A stretch of DNA of 64,000 bases from Octopus sinensis (taxonomy: Eukaryota): assembly GCF_006345805.1 (NCBI RefSeq), contig NC_043019.1, positions 25,977,360-26,041,359 of the forward strand. The letters run 5' to 3'. How positions within the stretch are numbered: the first letter of the stretch is position 1; each line of letters starts with the position of its first letter. Below are positions 40,001 to 53,759 of this stretch, one piece after another. The position numbers were made by a program, and so were the translations under genes. The notes beneath the pieces are model-generated. The model searched no databases, was not told the origin of the DNA, and was given only the letters and a program-made list of their open reading frames with translations.

Positions 40001-43000
40001 TTGAAATATTTGGATCTTTTTTGCTGCTTATCTCAGCTGATTCTTCAGTTGCAAGAACTCTCTCTTTTTCAACAACAAATTGGGATTGACTAGGATCCTG
40101 TGCAACCACTTTCTCTTTAGAGCACTTTCCAGAAGTTTCACTTGTGTTTACATCCGGGATGCTCACATGTGTTTCTTTCCAAGTCTGAAGAACATGAAAC
40201 AAATTTGAAAATTTATCAACCAAATTTTCAAGTTGATTATTTTCATTTTTATCATTAGAACATACAAGAAAATCAGAATCCTGTGATGGCATCTGCTCTG
40301 ACCCATTAACCAAAATACAAGCACAGTTCTCATAGATTTCTGTCAGTTGTTTGGCAGCTGAACCGAATGCCAATTCCCTGTCCATTTGTATTTGTTGTAA
40401 GTTTTCTAGCATCAATTTCTGTTCTTGCAAATATTTACAAAATTGGTTAATGCGGCCAGGAATGCTTTCTTCTTTCAGAGCATCTTTCCCAAAGTTTGAA
40501 TTTAAAGAGTCTAATAATGAAAATAGGTTTTCTCTTTCTTGAACTAACTCTTTTAATTTCTTTATAATAATTTTGTTCCCACATTCCTCTTTCGAAGAAA
40601 TATCAGATTCATTGTGTCTTTCAGAGGAATCAGCAGCTGTGTTACCATTATTCAAAGAAGATGTGCTCTTTGATTTTCTTGTAGACTTTTTAGCATATTT
40701 TTTCTTTAAAGCGCCATCAACATTGGAATTTGGGGTCTGTTTCTTCACATTCTTAAAGGGCATCCCAGAAGACTGTAATCTTGGTGGGACAGGTTCCGGT
40801 AAAGACTCTTTACCATAATTATTCAACAAACAAGCATCAATCAATTGATTAATTTCAGAACAATCTTCTTCATTGATGGAGATTTTAGTTTTAAGTTGAG
40901 CACATTCTTTTGACTTCTCAACCAATTCCTTCTTCAACCTTCCTACCATTTCTTGAGACTTATTTCCTTCATCTATCTGGAGTCTGAGATTACTGATCTC
41001 AGTAGTAAGGACTTGATTCTTGTTTATTAAATCGGTAATAGTTAGTTCGGATTCTTTCTTTACCTTTTCAAACGAGTCTTCCAGTGCCAGCTGAGAATCA
41101 TGAAGAACACCTTGAAATCTAGAAAGCTCCAAATTTGTTTCCTCCAGATTATATTCAGATTCTTTCAGTTTTTGGCAGAGTATATCATGTTCTTGTTTCA
41201 GATTTTCATAAGACTTCCTAAAACTTTCCACGGCGACCTCTCCTTCTTTTACACTATTCTTCATTTTTACCAAAGATTTCTCACTCGTGACCCCTAGTTC
41301 TTTACTGTCTTTTAGTTCAGATTGAAGATCTTTGATAACTTGTTGATAGAACTGGTTCTCTTGGAGCAACATCTGGAATTTCTCTTTACCAACTTCTTGA
41401 GATTCTTTAGTTTCATCAACAGACATTAATAAATTTCTAATCAAATCTTCCTTCTCCTGTAAACTCACTTTAAAGTTAACAATATCCATTTCAGCTTCAT
41501 GTTTCTCTGACTGCAACAATCCTATCTCTTTTACTAATCTATTTTCATTTGCCACAGATTTCTGAAACTGTTCCTCAAGACCAGAAATACAGCGATTCCT
41601 CTCAGCCAACTGATTATCAAAACTACTTTGTAGTGAAGAGAGTTCGTTGCTTAAACTAAGATTCTCTTCTTGCTGTTTTTCAGCAGCTCTATTAGAAGAT
41701 GTTATCAGACTATTTTGATCCTGCAGTTCTTGAACTGTCTTTTGATGATAATTTTCAAATGATTCCTTTATATTTTTATTAACTGTTTCAATATTTACTC
41801 TAAGCTCTTTTTCTACTTCCAACCTGTTACCAAGTTCCTTAAGTTTGTCTTCCAAATCTTTCTTCTCCAAACACGCTTCTTGTAGCATTGCACTGTTTTC
41901 CTTTATTTTATCTTCAGCATTTTTAAGATTAGTTTCAAGTTCCCCGATGGTACCATCTCTCTCTGACATCACCTGTTCAGCTTTAACTAATTTACCTGCA
42001 ATATCTTCATTATCTTTGGCCAGCATCTTCTCTTTCTCGTGTAACAACAACTGGTTGTTATCATATTCAGATAGTTTTAACAAAAGCTGATTGTTCTCCA
42101 CCTCTAACTCTTCCACTCGATCTTTGCGTTCAGCAAGAGATTTTTCAAAGGTAAGATTACTAGCTGAAACTTCAGACAATTTAGAATTAGACGAAGCAAG
42201 TGCTTGTTCAAGATCATTAATTTGATTAGAGCATTTTTCTAAATGAACATTTAATTGAGATTTTTCCTTTTCTAGTTCATCAGAGTGATGTTGAAGTAAA
42301 CCTTCCTTCTCAGACAACAAATCTTGTAGCTGCCCTATCTTTTTGGCTAATTCTAAATTAGTGTTAGTAACAAGTTGTATTTCACGTATACCATTTTCAA
42401 CCTCAGCATGCATGCATTTCTTTTCATGTGACACTAATTCTAAATTTTCAGACAAAAGTCTCACCTTCTTTCCTTGTTCTTCCAGCAAAAGCTCCAGATC
42501 TTGCCTGTTGGTTTCCCTAGAAATTTCCTGGTCTTTTAAGAGCCTCACTTCTTCCTGTAGACTGGTTTGTTGTTGCATCAATGCCTCTACTTGATTTTTG
42601 GCATCAGTCAGTTGCTGCTGCATGAAGTTGGAACTGTCTTGAACATTTTTAATCTGTTGTGTTAAGTCATTTTCACGAACCTGGCTTTGTTGTAATGACA
42701 AATTTAAGCTTTCAACATTGTCCTGTAAAGAAGTGATTTTTACATCTTTCCCTTCCATAAGTTTCTTCACTGCTAGTTCTTGCTGTGAAGAATCTGATTG
42801 TAGATTCATCAAAGACAACTCATTCTGGCTACATTTATTTTCCAATTCCTCAACGTTTGATTTAAGTGATTCATTATTTTTTTCGGAATGTTGTAGCATT
42901 GATTCAAGCCGAACTTTCTCTGATAACAATCCTTCTATTTGAGAAATAACTAATCCAATAGACTCTGACAGAGGCATTTCCATTTCAGAATCTGTTGATA

Positions 43001-44099
43001 AAGTCCCAAGTCTGTTGATAAGCAAATCTTTCACCATTTCACCAGATACTTGCATTGTCCTTTCATGGGTCACCTTCTCAGCCTGCACTTTCTCGCAAAC
43101 TGCTTTAGATTCGTTGAAGCTTGCAGTCAATTCAGACACTTTTACAGAAAGACTTTCGATTTGAGCATCTTTTTCTGTCTTTTCAGTGTTAAGCTGCAAT
43201 ACAACAGAGTTCATTTCTTTACGTTTCATATCAAAATCAGATTGTTTCTCATTTAGAATGTTGGTCATTTGATCCAGTGAAGATTTAAGGTTTTCTATTT
43301 GTGCCTGTTTCTCTGCCATAATCTTGCCACTATTTTCATCCATTCTGGATTGTTCAGAAACCACTTTGGTAAAATCCTCAACTTTTTCTTGCAGAGATTG
43401 CTGCAAACTCTCTACTTTAGCTTCAGACTCACATAAACTGCTTTGTTTACTCTCAACATCTTTCTGCAAAGCTTCTATTTGACTCTGAAACAGGACGGTT
43501 TGGGAGAGGAATTCTTGCAGCTTCTCACTAGCTTCCTTTTCATACTGTTCTACTTTCTGCTCCTGAGAGACTTGCAGTTCCTTAAACTTACATATTTCGG
43601 CTGTCTGAGTATCAACAGTTTCCTGAAGTAACTTTATACTTTGATCCTTCATTGACAAATTTTCTTTATATGAATTATTCTCAGCTGCTCTGTCATGCAT
43701 GGAAAGCTGAACATTTTTGTCGTAGTTTTGAAGCTGTGATTTCAACGATTCAACCTCAGTTTCTTTACTCTCAAGAGCATTCTGTTTCTCATCCCAAGAC
43801 TTCTCGATAATTTGAAGTCTCTGTTGCAGTTCAGTGACACACTCAACTTTCTCTTTCACCACGTAGTATAGTTTCTCCACAGAAATCTCAGTAAAACCAA
43901 GGAACTGACAGACGTGACCTATTTCCTTGCTCTGCTGCTGAAAGTTACTCAACGTTTCATCAAGTGACTGCTTCAGTTCTTTCTGTGCTTTTCCATGTTC
44001 ACTAGCAACTGTCTGAAGAGCATCTTCTGTCTGTTGTAGCTTCATCCGAGTCTCGTCCAAAGAGGTTTGGGTCTTCTTCAGTTCCTCGTCCGCTTCAGT
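37047..44099 (-). CDS. GOLGB1: Giantin-like giant exon (7,053 nt, 2,351 codons)
   Basis: Extends the 2419-aa ORF 13 codons upstream to acceptor ttgtAG (TEADEELKKTQTS); donor GTAAGG after TPQH; phase 0-0. Confidence 0.92.
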
Positions 44100-44424
44100 C
44101 TACAATGACAAAAACAAAATATCAAGATTCACTGACAACAGATTTATGTATATACTTTTATTCTTTTACATGTTTCAGTCATTTGACTGCAGCCATGCTG
44201 GAGCACAGCTTTTAGTCAAACAAATCGACCCCAGAACTTATTCTTTGTAAACCTAGTACTTATTCTATCGGTCTCTTTTGCCAAACCAATAAGTTACGGG
44301 GATGTAAACACACCACCATCGGTTGTCAAGCAACGTTGGGGGGGACAAACACAGGCACACACACAAATATATACATATACTAACTCCAAGACGCCGAGTT
44401 CAATTCTAGGCAGTGCCTTGAATA

Positions 44425-44464
<40 letters not shown>

Positions 44465-44924
44465 TACTCTTACTCTTTTATTTGTTTCAGTTATTTGACT
44501 GTGGACATGCTGGAGCACCGTCTTTTAGTCGAGCAAATCGACCCCAGGACTTATTCTTTGTAAGCCTAGTACATACTCTATCGGTTTCTTTTGCTAAGTT
44601 ACGGGGACGTAAACACACCAGCATCGGTTGTCAAGCGATGTTGGGGGGGGGGGGCACAGACACACAGCAAAAAAAAATACCTTAGGAACGAGAATCCAGA
44701 GTTGGGTTCAAAATTCTACAAGGACACCTGATAGAGGCTCCAGCCGAAACATTGTGGTAACAATAAACAAGATGAGGACACATATTCGTCCAATGTAAAT
44801 AATGTAAATAAACTCCATTGTTATTGGTGACACTCTAATCCACAGAATGGTTCGGATTTTATACTCAATGTTTAAGACATCCCCTAAATTCCGTCCTGTA
44901 CACCTACATATACAATAAATAAAG

Positions 44925-45349
44925 GGGTATTTTCGGTTTGAACGGCAGTTTTTTCTAGCGGTGTAATATGAAATTGTCACCCATAATTATGACCCTAGTA
45001 TCGATCTATTGCATTTCAATCTGTTTTAGGGTTAGGGTTAGGATTAAGGGTGGGGGGAAGGGTATCTTTTTTCTTCAGAAATGTAAATAAATCCAATCTG
45101 TTTCTTAAACGAGGGACATATTCATACGGCACAGAATGTTTTCACCTCAATAGACGTCACTGATTGATTGAAATTGCAGAAATTGAAGAAAAAAAAAACA
45201 ACAAATATCTTACAAACTATAGAATTTTCTCAATAAAGCCAAGAGAAAAAGATGTTTTATAAACACATTCTACCAGTATACGAAGTTTAAAAGTGTTTAG
45301 TTACGTGGAAATTATTTTAAAAAAACTGCCGTTCAAACCAAAAAGATCC
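44925..45349. mobile_element. Second copy of the Merlin-like MITE, opposite orientation
   Basis: Reverse-complement match to 10739-11156; flanks share AATAAAG. Confidence 0.8.
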
Positions 45350-45985
45350 AATAAAGTTATGTCGAATCGCCAATATCAGTGACGAATTGTGATTAAATCT
45401 TAATTTTAAACTGATATCCTTGCTTGTTCGACGAAGTTTCCTTGACACTCAACGTTTATGATGTAAGGGACATAACCCAATCGCTGTTCGACCAAGTTTA
45501 ATGATTAAGAGAGGATGACGTGGCCGAGGGGAGGAGAACTGCTTTCCAATTAATTTTTTTAAATAGGATTTAATTAAAGAATGATTCGATAAGCAGCAAT
45601 AAGTGGAGGGCCACTTCCATTCTAAACAGGAATTAGCAACGTTAAAAGTAAATCCATTCGCGACACAGAAGTGTTTCTACGCTGGTGTCAATGTTTTAAA
45701 TATCGGAGCGAGAATGTGTCTGGACTGTTGACGAGGAAATTATGGATAAAATAATAAACAAGAATTGCATTTGTATCAAAGAATCGGTGACTGTAATGAT
45801 TGATTATGATGGAGAGAAAATGCTGTAATTTAATAATTAGGCCAAAAAAATATCGAAAACACTGATGGACGGAACTTGATAGTGTGTGTGTGTGTGAGAA
45901 GAAGATGGCCATGTTCGCTCCCTGCTACACATGCGGGTGTACAATCGCTTCTTACATGGGCTCTCGACTCTTAGTAAGTGTCATT

Positions 45986-46036
45986 GGATGTAACTTCGGT
46001 ATAGGTACCGGAAATACCCGATACATTTCAAGAAAG

Positions 46037-46078
<42 letters not shown>

Positions 46079-46185
46079 GGGGGGGGGTTAAGGTTAGGGT
46101 TTGTGTTAGGGTAGGGAGAAAAGGGTTTCTGTTATTTTCAGAAATGTAAACAAAGCCACTTTACGGTACCTATACCGAAGGATCG
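45986..46185. mobile_element. Related small MITE with a different TIR (CTTCGGTATAGGTACCG)
   Basis: 17-bp inverted ends; internal ttaggg..ttttcagaaatgtaaa core shared with the Merlin-like MITE. Confidence 0.55.
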
Positions 46186-46555
46186 CCGGTTATTGAAGTG
46201 CCGCTATGACATAGGGCATGTCTTAAATAAACAAAATGTGGTGGAAGCCATCCTTTCTTCAGGTTGGACCACAGCCGATGGATGTTTTGGGGAGAGAAAA
46301 AAAATAAAGAGAAAAAAAAAAATCGACCTTAATATCGCCTGGACTGGTAATTCATCGATCTTGAGGAGATGAAAAGCAGACGAGTTGACTTCAGTCGGGT
46401 TTGAATAAAGAACACGGGGAACCAGAAAGAATATTAAAAGACTTCTCTCCAACGTTCTGACTGCCATTGCAAGCAGCAACGAAAATGGGACAGTGACAGT
46501 TGAAGGGAAATAACTCCTGCTAAACCCAGTCGTCATCTTCTTATATATCTATCTA

Positions 46556-47069
46556 TCTATATATATATATATATAAAACTCTAGTTGTGTGAGTGTCTGT
46601 CCCCTTCGATTTAGATTCCTAACTCCTCCCACATTTTGCGGTGCAGTTTAACCAAATTCGGGTATCTTATAGTCGTGATTCATATCGAGCCCGTCTGACT
46701 ATTAGCGCGCGTCAACGATGAGTCTACGATTTTAAAAATAATTTAACATCATTTTTTATTCCATTTTAATGCATAAAATGCATCGTATGTCGATGGCGGC
46801 GGAGTTGGCGTCCACGCTCACAGCTGCACCTGTTTGCTTCTCCCCCTTCCCTCCCTCGTGAAGCTGTGGGGAAGGGAGTGTAAAGAAATCAACGTCGTAA
46901 TGCGTTGTGAAGGAAACCAGCGTTCTTTTAAAACAACGACTTCATGGCTTGAAGACACCAAAACAAAAATGGCTAAGAAAGCCCGAATTTATAAGGGAAG
47001 TAACTCTCTAAAAATGCTTATATAGTTATTTCCCTTACAAACCCGAGCAACGCCGGGCGATACTGCTAG
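46556..47069 (+). mobile_element. Non-autonomous Helitron, copy 1
   Basis: 5' A|TC(TA)n; 3' hairpin cccgagcaacgccggg followed by CTAG|T. Confidence 0.8.
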
Positions 47070-47580
47070 TCTATATATATAAAACTGTAGTTGTGTAAGT
47101 GTCTGTCCCCTTCGATTTAGATTCCTAACTACTCCCACATTTTGCGGTGCAGTTTAACCAAATTCGGGTATCTTATAGTCGTGATTCATATCGAGCCCGT
47201 CTGGCTATTAGCGCGCGTCTACGATGAGTCTACGATTTTAAAAATAATTTAACATCATTTTTTTCCATTTTAATGCATATTTTTTCGTGTGTCGATGGCG
47301 GCGGAGTTGGCGTCCATGGTCACACCTGCACCTGTTTGCTTCTCCCCCTTTTTCCCTCCCTCGTGAAGCTGTGGGGAAGGGAGTGTAAGGAAATCAACGT
47401 CGTAAAGCGTTGTCAAGGAGACCAGCGTTCTTTTAGAACAACGACTTCATGGTTTGAAGACACCAAAACAGAAATGACTAAGAAAGCCCAAATTGGCATC
47501 TATAAGGAAAGTAACTCTCTAAAAATGCTTATATAGTTATTTCCCTTACAAACACGAGCAACGCCGGGCGATACTGCTAG
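47070..47580 (+). mobile_element. Non-autonomous Helitron, copy 2 (head-to-tail with copy 1)
   Basis: Starts TC immediately after the CTAG of copy 1; ends hairpin-CTAG|T. Confidence 0.8.
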
Positions 47581-47779
47581 TATAAAATAAAAGTATTAAA
47601 TCTGTTTGGATTAGGGTTCGCTGCAAGGGATCAACAAATATCGGGACCCCACAAAGAACTTTTTGCAATCCCCCACCTCCATCTGCTTTCTCATATAATT
47701 ATTCTTTCTTCACCACATTCAATGCTAACATAGTGTAATGTTGGACAAAATTGTTTCGCCATATATTTACTCTCACTGC

Positions 47780-48160
47780 TGGAGGCGCAATGGCCCAGTG
47801 GTTAGAGCAGCAGACTCGCGGTCGTAGGATCGCGGTTTCGATTCCTAGACCAGGCGTTGTGAGTGTTTATTGAGCAAAAACACCTAAAGCTCCACGAAGC
47901 TCGGCAGGGGATGGTGGTAATCCCTGCTGTACTCTTTCACCATAACTTTCTCTCACTCTTACTTCCTGTTTCTGTTGTACCTGTATTTCAAAGGGCCGGC
48001 CCTGTCACTCTCTGTGTCACGCTGAATATCCCCGAGAACTACGTTAAGGGTACACGTGTCTGTGGAGTGCTCAGCCACTTACACGTTAATTTCATGAGCA
48101 GGCTGTTCCGTTGATTTGGATCAACCAGAACCCTCGTCGTCGTAACCGACGGAGTGCTTC
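47780..48160 (+). mobile_element. tRNA-derived SINE family C, near full length; also approx 8945-9300(-), 23020-23220(-)
   Basis: Head ggcgcaatggcccagtggttagagc..ggtttcgattcc; recurs in the window. Confidence 0.75.
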
Positions 48161-48490
48161 CACTCTCACTGCTACATCACCTGGACGGCCTCCCTGCTTC
48201 GTCTTCTAGGAGAAATACTGGATTCATGGATTAACTACAATAATTAATTACTGCTGCAGCAAAGAGGAGGACAATAAATTCTATCGCTGAAGCTGCAGAG
48301 AAGGTCACTAAGTGGCTTTGGATAAAGGGAGCAGATTACTTGTTTGCCACAACTAAGATACAAGTTGAGATTAGATCAACTCCAGTTTAGTTGACTGGGT
48401 ATCGTTGGTCTAAGGCTAAAAGACTGAAAACTCTTTGAGATCCCAGGAACATTGCTGACAATACATCCCAGATAATGGTAGAGTCTAAAC

Positions 48491-48722
48491 AGGCGGCGAG
48501 CTGGCAGAATCGTTAGCATGCCGGGCGAAATACTTAGCGGTATTTCGTCTGCCGTTACGTTCTGAGTTAAAATTCCGCCGAGGTCGACTTTGCCTTTCAT
48601 CCTTTCGGGGTCGATTAAATAAGTACAGTTACGCACTGGGGTTGATATGATCGACTTAATCCGTTTGTCTGTCCTTGTTCGTCCTCTCTGTGTTTAGCCC
48701 CTTGTGGGTAGTAAAGAAATAG
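48491..48722 (+). mobile_element. SINE family B (ggcggcgagctggcagaatcgttagc...); approx copies 710-905, 2357-2570, 3205-3415, 6560-6765, 6825-7035, 24107-24316(-), 27645-27845, 28562-28780(-), 35730-35935(-), 36000-36205(-), 50145-50350(-), 58740-58965(-), 62590-62805
   Basis: Multi-copy ~220-bp repeat with B-box-like gagttcaaattcc. Confidence 0.8.
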
Positions 48723-49453
48723 GTAGAGTCTAAACACTATCATAGACCAAACAAGAGTACAAATATTTTTGAAGGAAGTATAAGAACATTAGAATTGTAA
48801 CAGCAATAAAGTTCACTGCCAGACTAGACATCATATAAAGGATGGCGGATAAGAAAGGAGTCTTCATACTGCTTAATGCATATTTCTATGTTTTTTTTGT
48901 TTTTTGTTCTTTCATTGGGGCGGAGTGTCAAAACAGGAAAGTTTAATTAAGTTAATCAGTTAAGAAAAAACTAATTATTTCAATATTAGGTGAAGCTGAC
49001 TAATGCTTCCACATAAAAGAATAAGGAAAAAAGCCTGCAAAAAAGGAGTGGCTTATACACAGAGATGGCTGTGTGATAAAGACATTTCCATCTAACTCAT
49101 CATAAATATGATCTTGAATTTTGACATTAGGCCTGCAATTTTAGGGAACGGATTTAGCCAAATACATTGACCCCAGGGTTCAACTGGGGCCAATGTAGTC
49201 AAGCCTGAAAGTATGAAAGGCTATGATGACAACTCAAAATGTAAAGATCCTGAAATGCCATTAAGCATTTTGTCCGATGCATTAACGATTCAACCAACTT
49301 GTTATCTTAATCCCGTCAGAAATATTAATTAAATTTTTTTTTTATCTAGATTTTGTCATTATTTTATTTGCTTGTTTTTTTTTGGGGGGGGGGGTGCTTT
49401 TTGTTTTGTTTGTTTATTTGTTGTTGTTGTTGTTGTTTTGTTTGCTTTGTTAC

Positions 49454-49615
49454 CTTTGCTTTCTTCAAACTCTCCATCATTTGGTCAATGTTCGATAAAG
49501 ACGCGTCCTTTGCCGATTCCATTGACTGCAATTTCGAAATCAAATCGTTTATTTCTTGCTTTTGTTTCTTAGACACATCATCTTGAGAAACCAACTGATT
49601 CTGTAATTCCTGGAT
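49454..49615 (-). CDS. GOLGB1: Giantin-like exon (162 nt, phase 0-0)
   Basis: ttttccAG / GTAACA; IQELQNQLVSQDDVSKKQKQEINDLISKLQSMESAKDASLSNIDQMMESLKKAK. Confidence 0.87.
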
Positions 49616-50577
49616 CTGGAAAACAACAGAAAAAGATACCCAGAAAATTGAACCCAGAAAATAGACATCACTACTAATTATCAACAAAAAAACATTCGTT
49701 TGATTAAATCTGGATAATCCTTACTTCATCCCAGTGGTAAGAATTTTACTTCTTTAATTCTTGGTGATGGCCTTGAGGTGGGGAAAAGGGGGAAGATCAG
49801 GGGATGAATGTCACAACTTTCTACCTTATTTGTCTTTAAGCCTTTAGCATTCAGATTTCTCTGTCAAATGTAGTTCTTATTTATTCTCATTGTTTTGAAT
49901 TAATCCTGCTTTATCTCATAGTTTCAAAATTTCAATGATGTAGAGTGTTTAATTTTATAATGACATTGTAAGACAGGTGCAACAGGCTGGATCTGGCAGG
50001 TTTGAATATAAAACAGAATATTTGGGACAGATATGGCTGATCTAAGTGCTAAAAGGTTCAAATCAATTACTCATTTACAAATCACAGGGATTACATCATA
50101 ATTTATAATTAAGTAAACACCAATAATAATAATAATAATCCTTTCTACTATAGGCACAAGGCCTGAAATTTTGGGGGAGGGGACTAGCTTATAACATTGA
50201 CCTCAGTAATCAACTGGTACTAAATTTATTGACCCCAAAAGAAAGAAAGGCAAAGTTGACCTAGGTGAAATTTGAACTCAGAACGTAGTAGCAGACAAAA
50301 TACCGCAAAGCATTTCACCCATCATGCTAACGCTTCTGCCAGCTCGCTGCCTTAGACCAATAATAATAATAATAATAATAATAGGAGGAGGAGGAGGAGG
50401 AGGTGGTGGTGGTGATGGTGGTGGTGGTGGTGGTGGTGGTGGTGGTAGGGGTGCTGGGAGAAGGTGGTGGGGTGGTTGAGGAGGAGGAGGACGGGAGGGG
50501 AGGGGAGGGGAGGAGGGTAGGGGAGGGGTAGGAATTAACATTTCTATTTCAGAATAAGAATTGAAGTTAGATTTCAC

Positions 50578-50696
50578 CATCAGTTGGAGTCTGGAGTTTT
50601 CTTCTTCAAATGCTATATTTGGCTGTTTTTCATATTCAATTTTCAGCTGGAGGTCACTGATCTGTTTCTGAAGAGCACCTCTGTCTTTATCTAAAG
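50578..50696 (-). CDS. GOLGB1: Giantin-like exon (119 nt, phase 1-0)
   Basis: tttttttgcAG / GTGAAA; ALDKDRGALQKQISDLQLKIEYEKQPNIAFEEENSRLQLM. Confidence 0.85.
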
Positions 50697-50761
50697 CTGC
50701 AAAAAAATACAGAAAATTTATGTATATTTTTATCATATATATATATATATATATATAATAT

Positions 50762-50962
50762 AACGGGAAGCTTTATGAAAATAGACAAAAGACGAAGGCA
50801 GGTGGAAAACAAACGAACAATTGTATTAGTATGGCGCTCAGGAAATATAAATAAAACAAGTCTTTAACGTTTCGAGCCTACGCTCTTCAACAGAAAGATA
50901 CACAGAGAGAAAAAAAACACAGAAAGAAAGAGAGAAAAAAAATGCGTGCAATAGCTAACGAA
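50762..50962 (-). mobile_element. Penelope pseudo-LTR-like repeat; also approx 28325-28540(+), 57170-57340(+)
   Basis: Three copies share tgaagagcgtaggctcgaaacgt; the Penelope assignment is by resemblance only. Confidence 0.45.
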
Positions 50963-51258
50963 TCAACATGGACATATATATATACATATACATTATATAT
51001 ATACAATATATATATACATATACATATATATATACATATATATATACATATCATATATATATATATATACATATATATACATATACATATATATATACAT
51101 ATACATATATATATATATACATATATATATACATATATATATATATACATATATATATACATATACATATAATATACATATATATATAGATATACATATA
51201 TATATTATATATACATATATATATAATATATACATATATATATATATACTATATATAC

Positions 51259-51290
<32 letters not shown>

Positions 51291-51564
51291 CATATATATA
51301 TATATAACATATACATATATATACTATATATATATATATATACATATATATATAGATATGTGCAAACAAGGAGTCAGAGAAAGGCAGAATGCTACTTATA
51401 TCTGAACACTACTATAGAAATATTCTTTTAAACAAACTTTCTTCTAATTTTTCTAAATTTAATTATTAATCGTTACAGTTGAAAAGGTCTCAAAATGACC
51501 GAAACCGGTACTGAAAGATTCACTATAAAATTATCTTAGCATTTTCTATTTTTGACTTGTTTTT

Positions 51565-51701
51565 TCATACATATATATATATACACACATATATATATAT
51601 ATATATAATATATACATATATATATACACATACATATATATATATACATATATATATATATACACATATATATATATACACATAATATATAATATATATA
51701 C

Positions 51702-51732
<31 letters not shown>

Positions 51733-52041
51733 CACACATATATATATATATAACACATATATATATACATATATATATGTATATATATACACAGATATAT
51801 ATATATATATACATATATATACACATATATATATATATATATATACATATATATACACATATATATAATATATATATACATATATATACACATATATATA
51901 TTAATATATATATATGTGTATATATATGTATATATATATATATTATGTGTGTATATATATATATATATATACATAATATACACATATATATATATATATC
52001 ATATATATACACATATATATATATATATATACATATATATA

Positions 52042-52075
<34 letters not shown>

Positions 52076-52160
52076 CACATATATATATATATACATATAC
52101 ACATATATATATATATATATATACATATACACATATATATATATATATATATATACATAT

Positions 52161-52197
<37 letters not shown>

Positions 52198-52525
52198 CAC
52201 ATATATATATATATACATATATACACATATATATATATATACATATACACATATATATATATATATACATATATATAACACATATATATATATATATCAT
52301 ATATATATACACATATATATATATATATACCATATATATATATATATATATACACATATATATACATATATATATATACATATATATACATATATATATA
52401 TACATATATACATATATATACTACATATATATACATATATATACATATATAATATACATATATATACATATATATACATATATATATATACATATATATA
52501 CATATATATATATACATATATATAC

Positions 52526-52558
<33 letters not shown>

Positions 52559-52578
52559 CATCTATATATATATATATA

Positions 52579-52627
<49 letters not shown>

Positions 52628-52650
52628 TATATATTATATATATATATATC
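51565..52650. repeat. ~1.1-kb compound (TA)n/(CATA)n microsatellite; similar tracts approx 11640-12215, 18610-19125, 30200-30790, 50970-51360, 62095-62320
   Basis: Directly visible; source of the Y/I/H/T junk ORFs. Confidence 0.95.
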
Positions 52651-52771
52651 GCATATATTTATATGTGTATATTGATTGGATTGTAACAGCTGGAGGGTCA
52701 TTGACAGAAATGTCTCAATGACACTCCAGCTGTTATAATCTATTCAATACACACACACACACACATACATC

Positions 52772-52802
<31 letters not shown>

Positions 52803-52882
52803 GTGTGTGTATATGTGTATGTATATATATATGTATGTATATATATATATACAACAAATACCAGCATGAAAAACAGATGGAG

Positions 52883-52915
<33 letters not shown>

Positions 52916-53419
52916 GGTGGTGGTGGTGATGACGATCTATGTACATGGCACATAAAAAACACCTGTCAAGTGTTGGGCCTCATGAAGGCAACTGTTACCC
53001 ATACCGGTGGCATGTGAAAACCACCTGTTGAGCATTGGGCCTCGCAGTGGTAATGTGGCTGATGCCAGTGTCACATACCTGGCAGCTGTGCTGATGACAC
53101 GTAAAAAGCAACTTTAGAGTGTTGGGCCTCACAGAGGCAATGACAAATGACCGAGAACTTCTGCAATATGCTCTGCTTGAGAAGAAGCGCCATCTAGCCA
53201 AATGAAATTGTAGTCATGGCAGATACTGGTGTCGCACAACTGGCACCCGTGCCGGTGGCATGTAAAAGCACACTTGGCGTGGTTGGCATTAGGAAGGGCA
53301 TCCAGCCTTAGAAACCATGCTAAATCAGAGTGGAATCTGGTGCAGCCTCCTCAGCTTACCAGCCCTGGTCAAACCATCCAACCCATGCCAGCATGGACAA
53401 CAAATGTTAAATGATGATG

Positions 53420-53450
<31 letters not shown>

Positions 53451-53461
53451 TATATTCTGAG

Positions 53462-53759
53462 ACCCCCTTCGGTCACGACACTGACCATCGGATTGCACCT
53501 AGAATGTTACCCTCCTAGGCACAAGACCGGGCAAGGTTGTTTTATGGAAGACCAGCAGTCACCCATGCATACCGGCCTCCCCTCTCCATGCCACCGGTGT
53601 TATCCAAGGGAAAGGCAGAGGTTTCTACAGCTGAGTGAACTGGAGCAACATGAAATAAAGTGTCTTGCTCAAGAACACAACACACAGCCCGGTCCAGGAT
53701 TCAAACTCACAACCTCACAATCGTAAGCTCGACGCTCTAACCACTGAGCCATGCACCTT

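Noticed and set aside
31449-43631. Plus-strand S/F/L-rich ORFs over the giant exons
   Set aside because: Antisense shadows of E/K/Q-rich coiled-coil codons.
47780-47860. tRNA genes
   Set aside because: tRNA-like A/B boxes continue into multi-copy SINE bodies, and I could not fold a complete cloverleaf.
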